From: an uncultured Alphaproteobacteria bacterium
Lineage (GTDB): Bacteria; Pseudomonadota; Alphaproteobacteria; RF32; CAG-239
Length of the DNA: 64,000 nucleotides
Direction: 5' to 3'
Assembly (NCBI GenBank): GCA_944391415.1
Contig: CALXTM010000006.1
Location: 9,488-73,487, forward strand
Shown: positions 26,562-36,753 of the stretch, piece by piece
How the letters are laid out: each line of letters opens with the position of its first letter
How positions within the stretch are numbered: the stretch's first letter is position 1
Translations under genes and position numbers: made by a program
The notes under the pieces: model-generated
Database searches by the model: none
What the model was told of the DNA's origin: nothing
What the model saw: only the letters and a program-made list of their open reading frames with translations

Positions 26562-26589
26562 TAATTGATATTAATTAAAATATCAATTA
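26562..26589. promoter_or_regulatory. Perfect 11-bp-arm inverted repeat (candidate operator) at the predicted transcription start
   Basis: taattgatatt-aattaa-aatatcaatta. Contains TTGAT...ATCAA half-sites. Confidence 0.35.
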
Positions 26590-26835
26590 GAAATAAATTA
26601 TTAACAAATACACCTTAACAGACTTGGTTTGGAAGCTTGAGTGTAGATATTGATAAATGTTGCATAAAATATATTCGAAAGAGCCAGCGCAAAAATGAAG
26701 GCGGCCCACTGTTTTTTATAACAGAGAACTGCGTGTTCGGGGGAAAAGTTAAGAATTGATTAAGCAACAATTGTCGGTGGAACAATTAGGTATTATAAGC
26801 AAAGTAAAAGTAAGGTGTCATAAAAAAATAAAAAA

Positions 26836-27681
26836 ATGTATAGAGAAGACTACAGCGCAAAAGAGAACAACAACAAAAACGTCTGGAAAATTATCTGGGG
26901 CAGTGTTGCCGGCGTTATTCTGCTGATATTGATAATCGGAGGTTTCTCGGTTATCGGGGCAGAAGATGTCGGTATCCGCGTGACCTTGGGAAAAGTTGCT
27001 AATGAGCCGGAGTATGGCTTGACGGTCAAGTGGCCGCTGATTTCGAAGTTTATCAAATTCGAAAAGACAACCCAGCGGATTGAAACCTCTGATGCAACCT
27101 ATACCAAGGACATTCAGCCGGCGGATATCCAGTATGTTTTTACATACAAGATTGTCGATGCAAATGCACCGGCGTTGTATCTCTCTGCTGGTAAGGGGTA
27201 TGAGGAAAAGCTCATTTATCCCGTGCTGAAGAGTGCTTTGAAAGACGTCATCGGACGTTGGACAGCACAGGATCTGGTATCCAACCGTGAGCAGGCATCG
27301 TCGGAGGTCACAGCTCAATTGGAAAAAGAGCTTTCCAAAGAGTTCTTTACCGAAATAACTTTTCAAATGGCTAATATAGATTATAGTGATGCCTTTGAGA
27401 AAGGAATTGAGGAAAAGGTACTCGCCGAACAGGAAGCTCAGAAAGCCAAAAACCGCACTGTCCAGATTGAAGAAGAAGGACGTCAGGCGGTGATTAAGGC
27501 CGAGGCTGCTGCTAAAGCGATGGATATTGAGGGTAAAGCCCTTGCGCGTAACCCTCAGGTGCTGGAGATTAGAAAGCTGGATGTCCAGAAGGAGTTTGCT
27601 ACAAACATCGGCAAACTTACCGGCACAGTGATCTTCTCAAGCGAGCAAACTGAGACATTGCTGCCGCTGCAGAAGAAATAA
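26836..27681 (+). CDS. SPFH/band-7 (prohibitin-like) membrane protein
   Basis: N-terminal TM anchor, SPFH core and a C-terminal Ala/Glu coiled coil ([31 protein letters not shown]). Confidence 0.8.
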   Translation: MYREDYSAKENNNKNVWKIIWGSVAGVILLILIIGGFSVIGAEDVGIRVTLGKVANEPEYGLTVKWPLISKFIKFEKTTQRIETSDATYTKDIQPADIQYVFTYKIVDANAPALYLSAGKGYEEKLIYPVLKSALKDVIGRWTAQDLVSNREQASSEVTAQLEKELSKEFFTEITFQMANIDYSDAFEKGIEEKVLAEQEAQKAKNRTVQIEEEGRQAVIKAEAAAKAMDIEGKALARNPQVLEIRKLDVQKEFATNIGKLTGTVIFSSEQTETLLPLQKK

Positions 27682-27700
27682 TCCTAGCTGTAAAAGAATT

Positions 27701-27732
27701 AAGGACGTTAGAATTTTCTAACGTCCTTTTTT
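27701..27732. terminator. Bidirectional terminator between the SPFH gene and secA
   Basis: AAGGACGTTAGAAtttTCTAACGTCCTTtttt. Confidence 0.7.
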
Positions 27733-27737
27733 GTTGG

Positions 27738-30467
27738 TTATACCTGACCGTGGCAATGTTTGTATTTTTTGCCGCTGCCGCAGGGACAGGGATCATTGCG
27801 GGCAACCTTGCCCCAGGTCGAGGGATCTTTGGGGTCGATTTTTTGTTTGCCATAGGTAAAAGGTGCCGGCTTTTCTTGCGGCTCCGGCGTGTTGGTCGGT
27901 TTGCCCGAAAGCAGGTTGACAGGGCTGTCGTGCCTTGCTTCAACTTTGGTTTGACGGGCGTTTTTTTCCTCCAAGTCAGAGGCCGAGTTGGCCTGAATAA
28001 CCGTACGCATCAAGATAAAGGCAACCTTTTCGCTTAGCTGATTTAACATATCAGAAAACAGGTTAAAGGCCTCTTTCTTATATTCGTTCAACGGGTCTTT
28101 TTGGCCATAGGCGCGCAAAACAATAGTGTGGCGCATATAATCAAGTGTGGCAATGTGGTCTTTCCACAAAGTGTCCAACTCTTGAAGCAAAATCGATTTT
28201 TCGACCATGCGGACAATATCGGCCGGGACATTGGCGTTTTTCATCTTTTGTGCCTCGTCCAAAGCCAAAGTTACTTTGTCAACCAAAATTTCTGAGTCCA
28301 TCTCGTCAGAGTTGACCCATTCTTCTATCGGCAACAAAATACCGCTTAATCTGGCCAAATCTTGTTTAATGGCTTCGACATTCCATTCTTTGGGTGATGA
28401 GCCATAAGTGATGTTTTTGTATATCAAATTGCGAATTTGATCGTGACACATATCGGTTACGGTGTCATGAACATCGTCTGCTTCCATAAGCTCGCGGCGT
28501 TGTTCGTAGATAACCTTGCGCTGCTCGTTCATGACGTTGTCGTATTTGAGCAAGTTTTTGCGAATATCAAAGTTGCGCTCTTCTACCTTTTGCTGAGCTT
28601 TTTCCAAAGCTTTGCTGATCCAGGGGTGAACCAAAGGCTCGCCCTCGGGCAGGCCCAAACGCTGCAACATAATACTCATGCGCTCGGAGCCGAAAATACG
28701 CATCAAATCATCTTCCAAAGATAAGAAGAACTTGGATGTTCCGGGGTCGCCCTGACGGCCGGAACGACCACGCAATTGGTTGTCGATACGGCGGCTCTCG
28801 TGGCGCTCGGTGCCCAAAATATACAAACCACCGGCTTTCTTGACCTTTTCCTTGTCGGCTTCAACCTCTTGTTTGATCTTGTTGCGCAAAGCCTCTATTT
28901 GCTCTTTGGTTTCGTCGCCTTTGAGCATTTGTTTTAAGCGCATGTCAACATTGCCGCCAAGCTGAATATCGGTACCACGGCCGGCCATATTGGTGGCAAT
29001 GGTGATGGCACCCGAGACACCTGCCTGGGCTACAATGGCAGCCTCACGCTCATGGTGGCGGGCATTTAAGACTTCAAACTTTAAGTTGGTTTGCTTGGCC
29101 AACATATCGGCCACAAGCTCTGATTTTTCAATTGAGGCGGTACCAACCAAAACAGGCTGGCCTTTCTCATGACACTCAATAATAGTTTTGATGATGGCGG
29201 CAAACTTCTCTTTTTCGGTGCGGTAGATCTCGTCATGCAAATCTTGACGGATAACCGGACGGTTGGTTGGAATTTCAACACAGGTCAGGTTATAAATATC
29301 GTTAAACTCGGCTTCTTCGGTCATGGCCGTGCCGGTCATGCCGGCAAGTTTGGGATAAAGCCTGAAATAGTTTTGGAAAGTGATTGAGGCAAGAGTTTGG
29401 TTTTCAGATTGAATCTGAACGCCTTCTTTGGCCTCGATTGCCTGGTGCAGACCATCAGAATAGCGGCGGCCCTCCATCATGCGGCCGGTAAATTCATCAA
29501 TAATCATGACCTTGCCGTCTTTGACAATATAGTCAACATCGCGGGTGTGCATTTTGTGAGCCCGCAAGGCTTGGTTGACATGGTGAACCAAACTTACATT
29601 AGCCAAATCATACAAACCACCCTCGGTAATGAGGCCGACTTTTTTTAGAAGCTCTTCAACATGGGTCATGCCTTTTTCGGTTAGGGTTACCTGACGAGCT
29701 TTTTCGTCTTTTTCGTAGTCATCGGGGGTGAGGGAGGGAATAATTTTGTTTACCAAAATGTATTTTTCCGAGCTGTCCTCGGCGGCACCAGAGATAATAA
29801 GCGGGGTTCGGGCCTCGTCAATCAAAATAGAGTCAACCTCGTCGACAATGGCATAGTTGAACGGACGTTGAACCATATCGGCCAAGCGAAACTTCATGTT
29901 GTCGCGCAAATAGTCAAAACCAAGCTCGTTGTTGGTGGCATATAGAATATCTGCATTATAGGCTAATCTTCTAGCGTCGTCGTCTTTTTCGTGGATGATA
30001 TAGTCAACCGTTAGACCCAAAAAACGATAAACCTGCCCCATCCACTCGGCATCGCGCTTGGCCAAATAGTCGTTGACGGTTACGATATGAACGCCTTTGC
30101 CCTCCAAGGCATTGAGGTAAGCAGCCAAGGTGGCAACAAGAGTTTTACCTTCGCCGGTTTTCATCTCGGCAATTTGACCATGATGCAAAACAATACCACC
30201 AATCAATTGGACATCGTAATGACGTTGACCAAGCGTACGCTTGGCGGCCTCTCGTACGACGGCAAAAGCCTCGGGCAGAAGCTCATCTAAGGTTTCGCCT
30301 TGTTTGATTCTTGTTTTAAACTCTTGGGTCTTAGCGCGTAAAGCATCATCGCTTAAGGCGGAAATCTCCGGCTCAAGCGAATTTATTTTTTCTACGGTTT
30401 TGTATTGTCTTTTGATATAGCGGTCGTTGGCAGAGCCAAAAATCTTGCGGGCAAGGCTACCTATCAT
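27738..30467 (-). CDS. secA: Preprotein translocase ATPase SecA
   Basis: 909 aa. Walker [27 protein letters not shown], and the C-terminal zinc motif [14 protein letters not shown]. Confidence 0.97.
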   Translation of the reverse strand: MIGSLARKIFGSANDRYIKRQYKTVEKINSLEPEISALSDDALRAKTQEFKTRIKQGETLDELLPEAFAVVREAAKRTLGQRHYDVQLIGGIVLHHGQIAEMKTGEGKTLVATLAAYLNALEGKGVHIVTVNDYLAKRDAEWMGQVYRFLGLTVDYIIHEKDDDARRLAYNADILYATNNELGFDYLRDNMKFRLADMVQRPFNYAIVDEVDSILIDEARTPLIISGAAEDSSEKYILVNKIIPSLTPDDYEKDEKARQVTLTEKGMTHVEELLKKVGLITEGGLYDLANVSLVHHVNQALRAHKMHTRDVDYIVKDGKVMIIDEFTGRMMEGRRYSDGLHQAIEAKEGVQIQSENQTLASITFQNYFRLYPKLAGMTGTAMTEEAEFNDIYNLTCVEIPTNRPVIRQDLHDEIYRTEKEKFAAIIKTIIECHEKGQPVLVGTASIEKSELVADMLAKQTNLKFEVLNARHHEREAAIVAQAGVSGAITIATNMAGRGTDIQLGGNVDMRLKQMLKGDETKEQIEALRNKIKQEVEADKEKVKKAGGLYILGTERHESRRIDNQLRGRSGRQGDPGTSKFFLSLEDDLMRIFGSERMSIMLQRLGLPEGEPLVHPWISKALEKAQQKVEERNFDIRKNLLKYDNVMNEQRKVIYEQRRELMEADDVHDTVTDMCHDQIRNLIYKNITYGSSPKEWNVEAIKQDLARLSGILLPIEEWVNSDEMDSEILVDKVTLALDEAQKMKNANVPADIVRMVEKSILLQELDTLWKDHIATLDYMRHTIVLRAYGQKDPLNEYKKEAFNLFSDMLNQLSEKVAFILMRTVIQANSASDLEEKNARQTKVEARHDSPVNLLSGKPTNTPEPQEKPAPFTYGKQKIDPKDPSTWGKVARNDPCPCGSGKKYKHCHGQV

Positions 30468-30644
30468 AATCTTTTATCCTTATATATTCGTATTCAATTA
30501 ACTAAGATACATTTAGTGTTTTAAATGTATGGTGTCAAGTCCCGTACTAAGTTATGAACGGGTGAAAAAAATAAGTTGGAATTTTTAATCCTTTTATTAT
30601 ATAACTTTTAACTAAAGCGCATTTTTATTTGGAGGAGAGAAAAC

Positions 30645-31454
30645 ATGAATAAAAATTATGTTGCGTTGCTGATGGCCGGGTTGGCCTTTAGCGGAATTGG
30701 AACGGCAAATGCCGCCGGCAAAGATGGAGTGGCCGCGGTTGTAAACGGTAAAAATCTTATGGTGGAAGAAATTGAGGCGGCTTATAATGCCAATCCGGCA
30801 ATTAAAGACAAGGCCTCGTTTGATGAATTTTACAGCAAAACTTTGGATATTTTTGTCGATGGAGAGGTGGTTTATCAGGCGGCAGTGAATGCCAAAGTTA
30901 CAGATACTCCGGAATATAAGGTTCAGCTCAAAGCTTTGCAAGAAGAGTTAGCTCGCAAAATTTATCTGGAAAAACAGGTAAGAGAAAAGGTTAGCGATGC
31001 TGAGGTCAGAAAACTTTATAACGAGTACAAAAACAGCTTTAAGGGTGAAAAGGAAATTAAAGCCAAACATATTTTGGTTGACTCAGAGGCCAAAGCCAAA
31101 GAAGTTATTGCTAAATTGAAAAAAGAAGGTGATTTTGATAAATTGGCCAAAGAATATTCTAAAGAGCCGGCAGAGCTTGGCTATTTTACCAAAGATGTAA
31201 TGGTGCCGGAATTTGCCGATGCTGCATTTAAGCTTAAAAAAGGCCAATATACCAAAGCTCCGGTTAAAACTCAGTTTGGGTATCATGTGATTTTGGTTGA
31301 AGATATCAGAGATGCAAAACCGTTGCCGTTGAAACAAATCGAGGGCAAACTAAGAGCAATGTTGGCACAAAAGACCATGGGTGATGTAGTTCAAGGTTTG
31401 CAAAACAAAGCCAAAATTGTTAAATATGATACGGAAGGCAAGGAAATAAAATAA
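30645..31454 (+). CDS. Periplasmic parvulin-type peptidyl-prolyl isomerase (PpiC/SurA-like)
   Basis: Signal peptide and a parvulin core (IKAKHILV...FGYHVILVEDIR). Confidence 0.8.
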   Translation: MNKNYVALLMAGLAFSGIGTANAAGKDGVAAVVNGKNLMVEEIEAAYNANPAIKDKASFDEFYSKTLDIFVDGEVVYQAAVNAKVTDTPEYKVQLKALQEELARKIYLEKQVREKVSDAEVRKLYNEYKNSFKGEKEIKAKHILVDSEAKAKEVIAKLKKEGDFDKLAKEYSKEPAELGYFTKDVMVPEFADAAFKLKKGQYTKAPVKTQFGYHVILVEDIRDAKPLPLKQIEGKLRAMLAQKTMGDVVQGLQNKAKIVKYDTEGKEIK

Positions 31455-31570
31455 ATATTTGGTTAAATCACAAAAAATCCTCAGGCAGTTGCTTGGGGAT
31501 TTTTTGCTTGCATAATAGGGGTTTTTGTGATAGTTTTTAGGATATAAGTTTAATTTTTAAGATTATTAGT

Positions 31571-31834
31571 ATGGATGTAGGAATTTTAATATTGCGAATT
31601 GTCGTTACAACGATTATCGCAAGTTTTTTGCTTTATTGGTCCTGGTTGAAAAATAATTCATTCAGGTCGTTTGTGGCCATTTTGGCTGGAGCTTTGGGAG
31701 TGGCGATTGTCGGCGGAACAACGGTTGATTTGTTTCGGGTTTCTTGTATTTCAGGATTTTGGGGTATAGGAGTGGCGATAGTTGCTTTCGGAATGGTTTG
31801 GCTGGTGTGCTATAAAATAGTTTTTAAAAAATAA
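31571..31834 (+). CDS. Small hydrophobic membrane protein
   Basis: 87-aa ORF with three predicted TM helices. No homology recognised. Confidence 0.4.
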   Translation: MDVGILILRIVVTTIIASFLLYWSWLKNNSFRSFVAILAGALGVAIVGGTTVDLFRVSCISGFWGIGVAIVAFGMVWLVCYKIVFKK

Positions 31835-31842
31835 TTATTATT

Positions 31843-32070
31843 ATGGACTTTTTGTATGTTTTGGTGGGTCTGATATTGGAATTTGTCTTTGGTTTTTTGA
31901 TGAGTGTCTCAATAGAAAAACTTGATGAAGGCATATGGTTCTTGTTGTTGTATGTCTCTATAGGGGGCATACTATACATTGCAGCTTTGCTTGGCGCTTT
32001 GGCCGGTTGGCTTGTGTTTTTAGGGCTGCTCGCAGGGGTGGCAGGTAATGTTGTAAATGATATAAGGTAA
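31843..32070 (+). CDS. Small hydrophobic membrane protein
   Basis: 75-aa ORF, 8 nt after the previous one, with two to three TM helices. Confidence 0.4.
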   Translation: MDFLYVLVGLILEFVFGFLMSVSIEKLDEGIWFLLLYVSIGGILYIAALLGALAGWLVFLGLLAGVAGNVVNDIR

Positions 32071-32212
32071 TGTATTTAAAAGGCGGTGTTCTTAAATTTT
32101 AGAGCGCCGCTTTTTTGATGATGCAGGCTATGGCAAGTTAGAGCAGACTTGACATAACCTTATATTTGAGCTACAAACGCCTCAAGTTTTTTGACAAGCA
32201 GGACATGATAAG

Positions 32213-33781
32213 ATGAATAAAGTTAATCCACGTAAAACATTTGCCATTATCTCGCACCCCGATGCCGGTAAGACAACTTTGACCGAAAAATTGTTGCTGT
32301 TTGGCGGGGCTATTCAGCAAGCCGGTGCGGTTAAAGCCAGGGGTGAAAACAGACGTGCTCGCTCGGACTGGATGAAGGTGGAGCAGGAAAGAGGAATTTC
32401 GGTTGCCTCGTCGGTGATGACGTTTGATTATGACGGAATTACTTTTAATCTGTTGGACACACCGGGACACGAGGATTTTTCGGAGGATACATATCGGGTA
32501 TTAACCGCGGTTGATTCGGCGGTGATGGTGTTGGATTCGGCCAAAGGTATTGAAACACAAACCAAAAAGTTGTTTGAGGTTTGCCGCCTGCGTGATGTGC
32601 CGATTATTACTTTTATCAACAAACTTGACCGTGAGGGGCAAGATCCATTTGCGCTTTTGGATGAGATTGAACGCACTTTGGCGTTGGATGTAACACCGGC
32701 AAGCTGGCCGGTCGGGTCAGGCAAAGATTTTAAGGGGTGTTATGATATCTTAAACAATCGTATGATTTTGATGGAAAAAAATAAATCGGCCATTAACAGT
32801 GTAATTGAAACATGCTCGGGACTTGATGATCCGAAACTTGATGAAATGTTGCCCGCCTATCAAGTGGCAAAATTGCGCGAAGATGTGATGATGATACAAG
32901 AGCTTTGTCCAAAATTTGATTTGGAGGCTTATTTGGCCGGAACGCTTACCCCGGTGTTTTTTGGCAGTGCTATCAATAATTTCGGCGTGAAAGAAGTATT
33001 GGAAGGTCTGCATAAATTTGCTCCAACTCCAAGACCGCATCCGGCGCAAGAGAGAATGGTGTCACCTGATGAAAACAAAGTAAGTGGTTTTATATTCAAA
33101 ATCCAAGCTAACATGGATCCCAAACACCGCGATAGAATTGCGTTTATGCGGATTTGTTCGGGGCATTTTAGGCGCGGACAGGCACTAAAACAGATCAGAA
33201 CCGGCAAAGAAATCAAAGTGGCAACACCGGTGATGTTTATGGCTCAAGAAAGAGAGCTGGCCGAGGATGCATATGCCGGGGATATTATCGGTATACCCAA
33301 TCATGGGCAGCTTAGAATCGGCGATACTTTGACCGAGGGTGAAAAAATAACTTTTACCGGAATTCCGTCGTTTGCACCGGAATTGTTAAAGTCGGTTAGG
33401 GCGCTTGATCCTCTGAAATCAAAGCACCTTGGCGATGCGTTGAAACAAATTGCCGAAGAGGGCGGAGCAAGCGTGTTTAAGCCGGTGATAGGTGCCGAGT
33501 GGATTGTTGGCGTGGTTGGCGTGTTGCAGTTTGAGGTGATGGCAGACAGAATTAAAAACGAATTTGGTTTGCCGGTAATGTTTGAGCCAACACAATATTT
33601 TACCGCCAGGTGGGTGTTATCGGATGATAAAACGGAAATGAAAAAATTTGAGGATGCCAACCGGCTTAATCTGGCCGAGGATCACGACGGAGAGCTGGTG
33701 TTTTTGGCTCGCAACGCATGGCATTTGAACAAGACAGAGGAAGACTTCCCCAAAGTTAAGTTTGCCAAAATTAAAGAATAA
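32213..33781 (+). CDS. prfC: Peptide chain release factor 3
   Basis: RTFAIISHPDAGKTTLTEKLLLFGGAIQ and DTPGHEDF GTPase motifs; 522 aa. Confidence 0.95.
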   Translation: MNKVNPRKTFAIISHPDAGKTTLTEKLLLFGGAIQQAGAVKARGENRRARSDWMKVEQERGISVASSVMTFDYDGITFNLLDTPGHEDFSEDTYRVLTAVDSAVMVLDSAKGIETQTKKLFEVCRLRDVPIITFINKLDREGQDPFALLDEIERTLALDVTPASWPVGSGKDFKGCYDILNNRMILMEKNKSAINSVIETCSGLDDPKLDEMLPAYQVAKLREDVMMIQELCPKFDLEAYLAGTLTPVFFGSAINNFGVKEVLEGLHKFAPTPRPHPAQERMVSPDENKVSGFIFKIQANMDPKHRDRIAFMRICSGHFRRGQALKQIRTGKEIKVATPVMFMAQERELAEDAYAGDIIGIPNHGQLRIGDTLTEGEKITFTGIPSFAPELLKSVRALDPLKSKHLGDALKQIAEEGGASVFKPVIGAEWIVGVVGVLQFEVMADRIKNEFGLPVMFEPTQYFTARWVLSDDKTEMKKFEDANRLNLAEDHDGELVFLARNAWHLNKTEEDFPKVKFAKIKE

Positions 33782-33796
33782 GAAAAGTCGCGTAAT

Positions 33797-33833
33797 AAAA
33801 ATAACCCCTTGGATATCCAAGGGGTTATTTAAT
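33797..33833. terminator. Bidirectional terminator between prfC and tig
   Basis: aaataACCCCTTGGatatCCAAGGGGTtattt. Confidence 0.65.
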
Positions 33834-33845
33834 AGCTAAAAAGCA

Positions 33846-35201
33846 CTAGGCTGATTTTTTGGCTGCTTTTTTGCTTTCTTTCTTTTCATCGTCGAACTTA
33901 TAGAGCTCTTCGACCGAAACAACTTTTTCGTTTAACTTGGCCTGAGAGATAATATAGTCGATAATCTTTTCCTCAAAAATCGGAGCTTTGAGAGCCTCAA
34001 CAGCATGTTTGTTTTTGAGATAGTAATCCAAAACCATTTGTTCTTGGCCAGGGTATCTTTTAGCTTCGTTCATGATGGCAGCATTGATATCCTCAGGTTT
34101 GATGCTGATTTTGGCATTTTGGCCAACTTCGGATAATACAAGGCCAAGTTTGACTCTGCGCAAAGCAATGTCTTTATACTCTTTGAGCAGATCTTCTTCT
34201 TTTTTGGATTTTTCTTCTGCATCAAGTTGATTGTATTTTTTGGCTTGTTCATATTGCGAAACAATAGCCTTATATTCAGCATCAACCAAAGATGCTGGAA
34301 CTTCAAATTTATATTCCTTATCCAGAATGTCCAAAAGCTGGCGTTTTAATTTCATGCGCGAAGCATTGTCATAGTCGGCTTTGATGCGCGATGCCAAGGT
34401 CTCTTTTAATTTGGCTAAACTCTCGGCACCCAAAGATTTGGCCAAGTCATCGTTGATTTCAACTGCTTTGGGCTCACGAACCTCTTTGACAGTGACGGCA
34501 AAAACAGCATCTTTATCAGCTAAGTCCTTGGCATGATAGTCTGCCGGGAATTTGACTTTGACGTCAACTTTTGAGCCAGCCTCAGCCCCAATTAATTGGT
34601 CTTCAAAACCAGGGATGAATGCGCCAGAGCCAAGCTCTAGAGGATAGTTTTCACCTTTGCCGCCGTTAAATTCAACACCGTCAACCGAGCCAACAAAGTC
34701 AATCATTACAATGTCGCCTTTGGCTGCTTTTTTGCCATCAACTTTGACGGATTCTTTGCGGGTTTCGGCCAGATATTTGACAGCCTTGTCAACTTCTTCG
34801 GCCGGAACTTCGGCAGTGAATTTATCAAGTGAAATTTTCGAAAAATCACCGATTTTAATGTCTGGCAAAATTTCAACATCCATCTCAAACTCAAGATCTT
34901 TGCCTTCGCCAAAAGAATTTATCTTGACGGATGGTTGGTTGACCGGACGCAATTTCTTGTCGGAAAGTACTTGGCTGGTTGAGGAACGAACCATGTCATC
35001 CAAAGCTTCGGCCATAACCTCGTTGAAATATTTTTTCTTGATCATTGACAACGGAGCTTTGCCAGCTCTGAAACCTTGAATTTTTGCCGTCTTGGCAATA
35101 TGGGCCAGTTTGTTGTCAACTTCTTTGGTAAAATCGTCTGCAGGAACAACAACTTTGTATGATTTGTTTAGCCCCTCAGATTTTAATTCGGTAATTTTCA
35201 T
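33846..35201 (-). CDS. tig: Trigger factor
   Basis: 451 aa. N-terminal ribosome-binding GFRAGKAP motif, FKBP-like middle, Lys-rich tail. Confidence 0.95.
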   Translation of the reverse strand: MKITELKSEGLNKSYKVVVPADDFTKEVDNKLAHIAKTAKIQGFRAGKAPLSMIKKKYFNEVMAEALDDMVRSSTSQVLSDKKLRPVNQPSVKINSFGEGKDLEFEMDVEILPDIKIGDFSKISLDKFTAEVPAEEVDKAVKYLAETRKESVKVDGKKAAKGDIVMIDFVGSVDGVEFNGGKGENYPLELGSGAFIPGFEDQLIGAEAGSKVDVKVKFPADYHAKDLADKDAVFAVTVKEVREPKAVEINDDLAKSLGAESLAKLKETLASRIKADYDNASRMKLKRQLLDILDKEYKFEVPASLVDAEYKAIVSQYEQAKKYNQLDAEEKSKKEEDLLKEYKDIALRRVKLGLVLSEVGQNAKISIKPEDINAAIMNEAKRYPGQEQMVLDYYLKNKHAVEALKAPIFEEKIIDYIISQAKLNEKVVSVEELYKFDDEKKESKKAAKKSA

Positions 35202-35247
35202 GCAATTTCTCTCTTTGTTAAAATTTAACCACCTTTGGCTTTTGGGA

Positions 35248-35332
35248 TGGTGCGGGTGAAGGGACTTGAACCCCCACTCCTTGCGGAACCAGATCCTAAG
35301 TCTGGCGCGTCTACCAATTCCGCCACACCCGC
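35248..35332 (-). tRNA. tRNA-Leu (anticodon TAG)
   Basis: Reverse complement gives acceptor gcgggtg, anticodon arm ccaga-ctTAGga-tctgg, a long variable arm, T arm and encoded CCA. Lies directly upstream of tig. Confidence 0.9.
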
Positions 35333-35489
35333 TTGATTGCCACTATAAGCCGTTTAATTGCCTGAATACTAACGTATTATTTTTATAAATCAAGTATAAA
35401 TTCACAATGCAAACAAAATTATTGTAATATCGTTTAATCTTTTATATTATGAGCTAAACAAAAGAATTTATTCGGGAGTATGTGGATTT

Positions 35490-36707
35490 ATGTTGGCTCG
35501 AAATTTGACCAAAACTTTGTTGTCTGCCACGGCTTTGAGCCTTTTGACAGCTTGCGCCGTAGTTGATAAAAGAGATACGTCTGAGGAATCAAACTGGTTC
35601 GTAAAAATGTTTGAAAAAGACGGGCAAAATTATGCGCAAAAGGCCTCGCTTGAGTATTTGCAGGGTAATTTTGAAAAAACTTTGGAATATACAACCGAGG
35701 CACTCAAGGCAAATCCCAGAAACGAACAGGCTTTGCTGGTAGGGGCGTTGGCTTGTGAAAAATTGGGCAGATATAACCGAGCAAGACAATATTACGAAGA
35801 CCTGATAATAATTGACGGTAATGAAACGTCTATATTGGGAACAAGTGACGGGCAGCCGCATAAAATTACCGATATTGCCAAAAAGAATTTGCGCGCGATA
35901 ACCATTACCCAGAATAAATTGACAATTGAAAACAGGGACGGAAGCAAAAGTTTTGCCGTGTCAGAAAAAACAGGACAAGAGGCAAGCAGAAATACCATAA
36001 CCGAGGCTTTGCGTAAAAAATCAATGCCGGTGGTTAGACAACAACCAATCGGAGTGGATGATATCTTTACGCCAGCGCAACAGAATATGGTTTCGCGTTT
36101 CCTTATCTTAAAAGAATTGGCCGAAAAAGATTTTATTACCAAAGAAGAATTTTTGTCGCGGCGTTCGGCTAACTTGGGGGCTTTGTTACCTTTGACCAAT
36201 ATGGCTCCTGGTGTGGGGATGGATAATCCTGTGCCTGATGCCGATTTGATTATTGAACGTTTGGAAATTTTGAAAGAAGGCGTTGAAACCAGAGCAATTA
36301 CTCCGCGTGAGTTTTCGGCTGAACGTGAGGTGATTATTGAGGCGTTGATGTCGCCTGAACCTCGTCAAAGAATGCAAAACAAGGCTCCGTCAAAAAATAT
36401 TTTGGATGCTGCAGGTGATTTGCGGCGCTTGGAGGTGTTGTACAACCTTGATTTGATTACCGCAAATGAAAAAGAAACCGAGAAAAAAGCAGTGGAAAAA
36501 TATTTGGGCATTAACCGCGATAGACCAAAGGCAAATGCGGTTAAAGAGATCAAAAAACAACCAACTGCGGTTGAAAAGACTGCTAAAGACGATGTAAAGC
36601 CGGACGTACAAAAAGATGTTGAGACAGTGAAAGAAAATACTAAAGAAACAACAGCGGTTAAACCTGTAGCTGGTACGCCAACACCTGATGTGACAAGTCC
36701 TTTCTAG
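35490..36707 (+). CDS. Lipoprotein with N-terminal TPR repeats and three SHOCT-like repeats
   Basis: Lipobox LLTAC. TPR-like LEYLQGNFEKTLEYTTEALKANP.... Three repeats: ELAEKDFITKEEFLSRR, EGVETRAITPREFSAER, NLDLITANEKETEKK. Confidence 0.6.
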   Translation: MLARNLTKTLLSATALSLLTACAVVDKRDTSEESNWFVKMFEKDGQNYAQKASLEYLQGNFEKTLEYTTEALKANPRNEQALLVGALACEKLGRYNRARQYYEDLIIIDGNETSILGTSDGQPHKITDIAKKNLRAITITQNKLTIENRDGSKSFAVSEKTGQEASRNTITEALRKKSMPVVRQQPIGVDDIFTPAQQNMVSRFLILKELAEKDFITKEEFLSRRSANLGALLPLTNMAPGVGMDNPVPDADLIIERLEILKEGVETRAITPREFSAEREVIIEALMSPEPRQRMQNKAPSKNILDAAGDLRRLEVLYNLDLITANEKETEKKAVEKYLGINRDRPKANAVKEIKKQPTAVEKTAKDDVKPDVQKDVETVKENTKETTAVKPVAGTPTPDVTSPF

Positions 36708-36721
36708 AGAAAGTCAGATAA

Positions 36722-36753
36722 TAAAAAAAAGCGGAATTTTTATTCCGCTTTTT
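36722..36753. terminator. Bidirectional terminator
   Basis: aaaaaaaaGCGGAATttttATTCCGCttttt. Overlaps the last codons of the minus-strand gene. Confidence 0.65.

Noticed and set aside
26562-26589. Calling the palindrome a canonical FNR box
   Set aside because: The TTGAT and ATCAA half-sites are 12 bp apart rather than 4 bp. It is only reported as a generic candidate operator.
26818-27366. 182-aa minus-strand ORF opposite the SPFH gene
   Set aside because: It is antisense to an ORF with a clear SPFH/band-7 architecture. Its Cys/Leu-rich translation is not protein-like.
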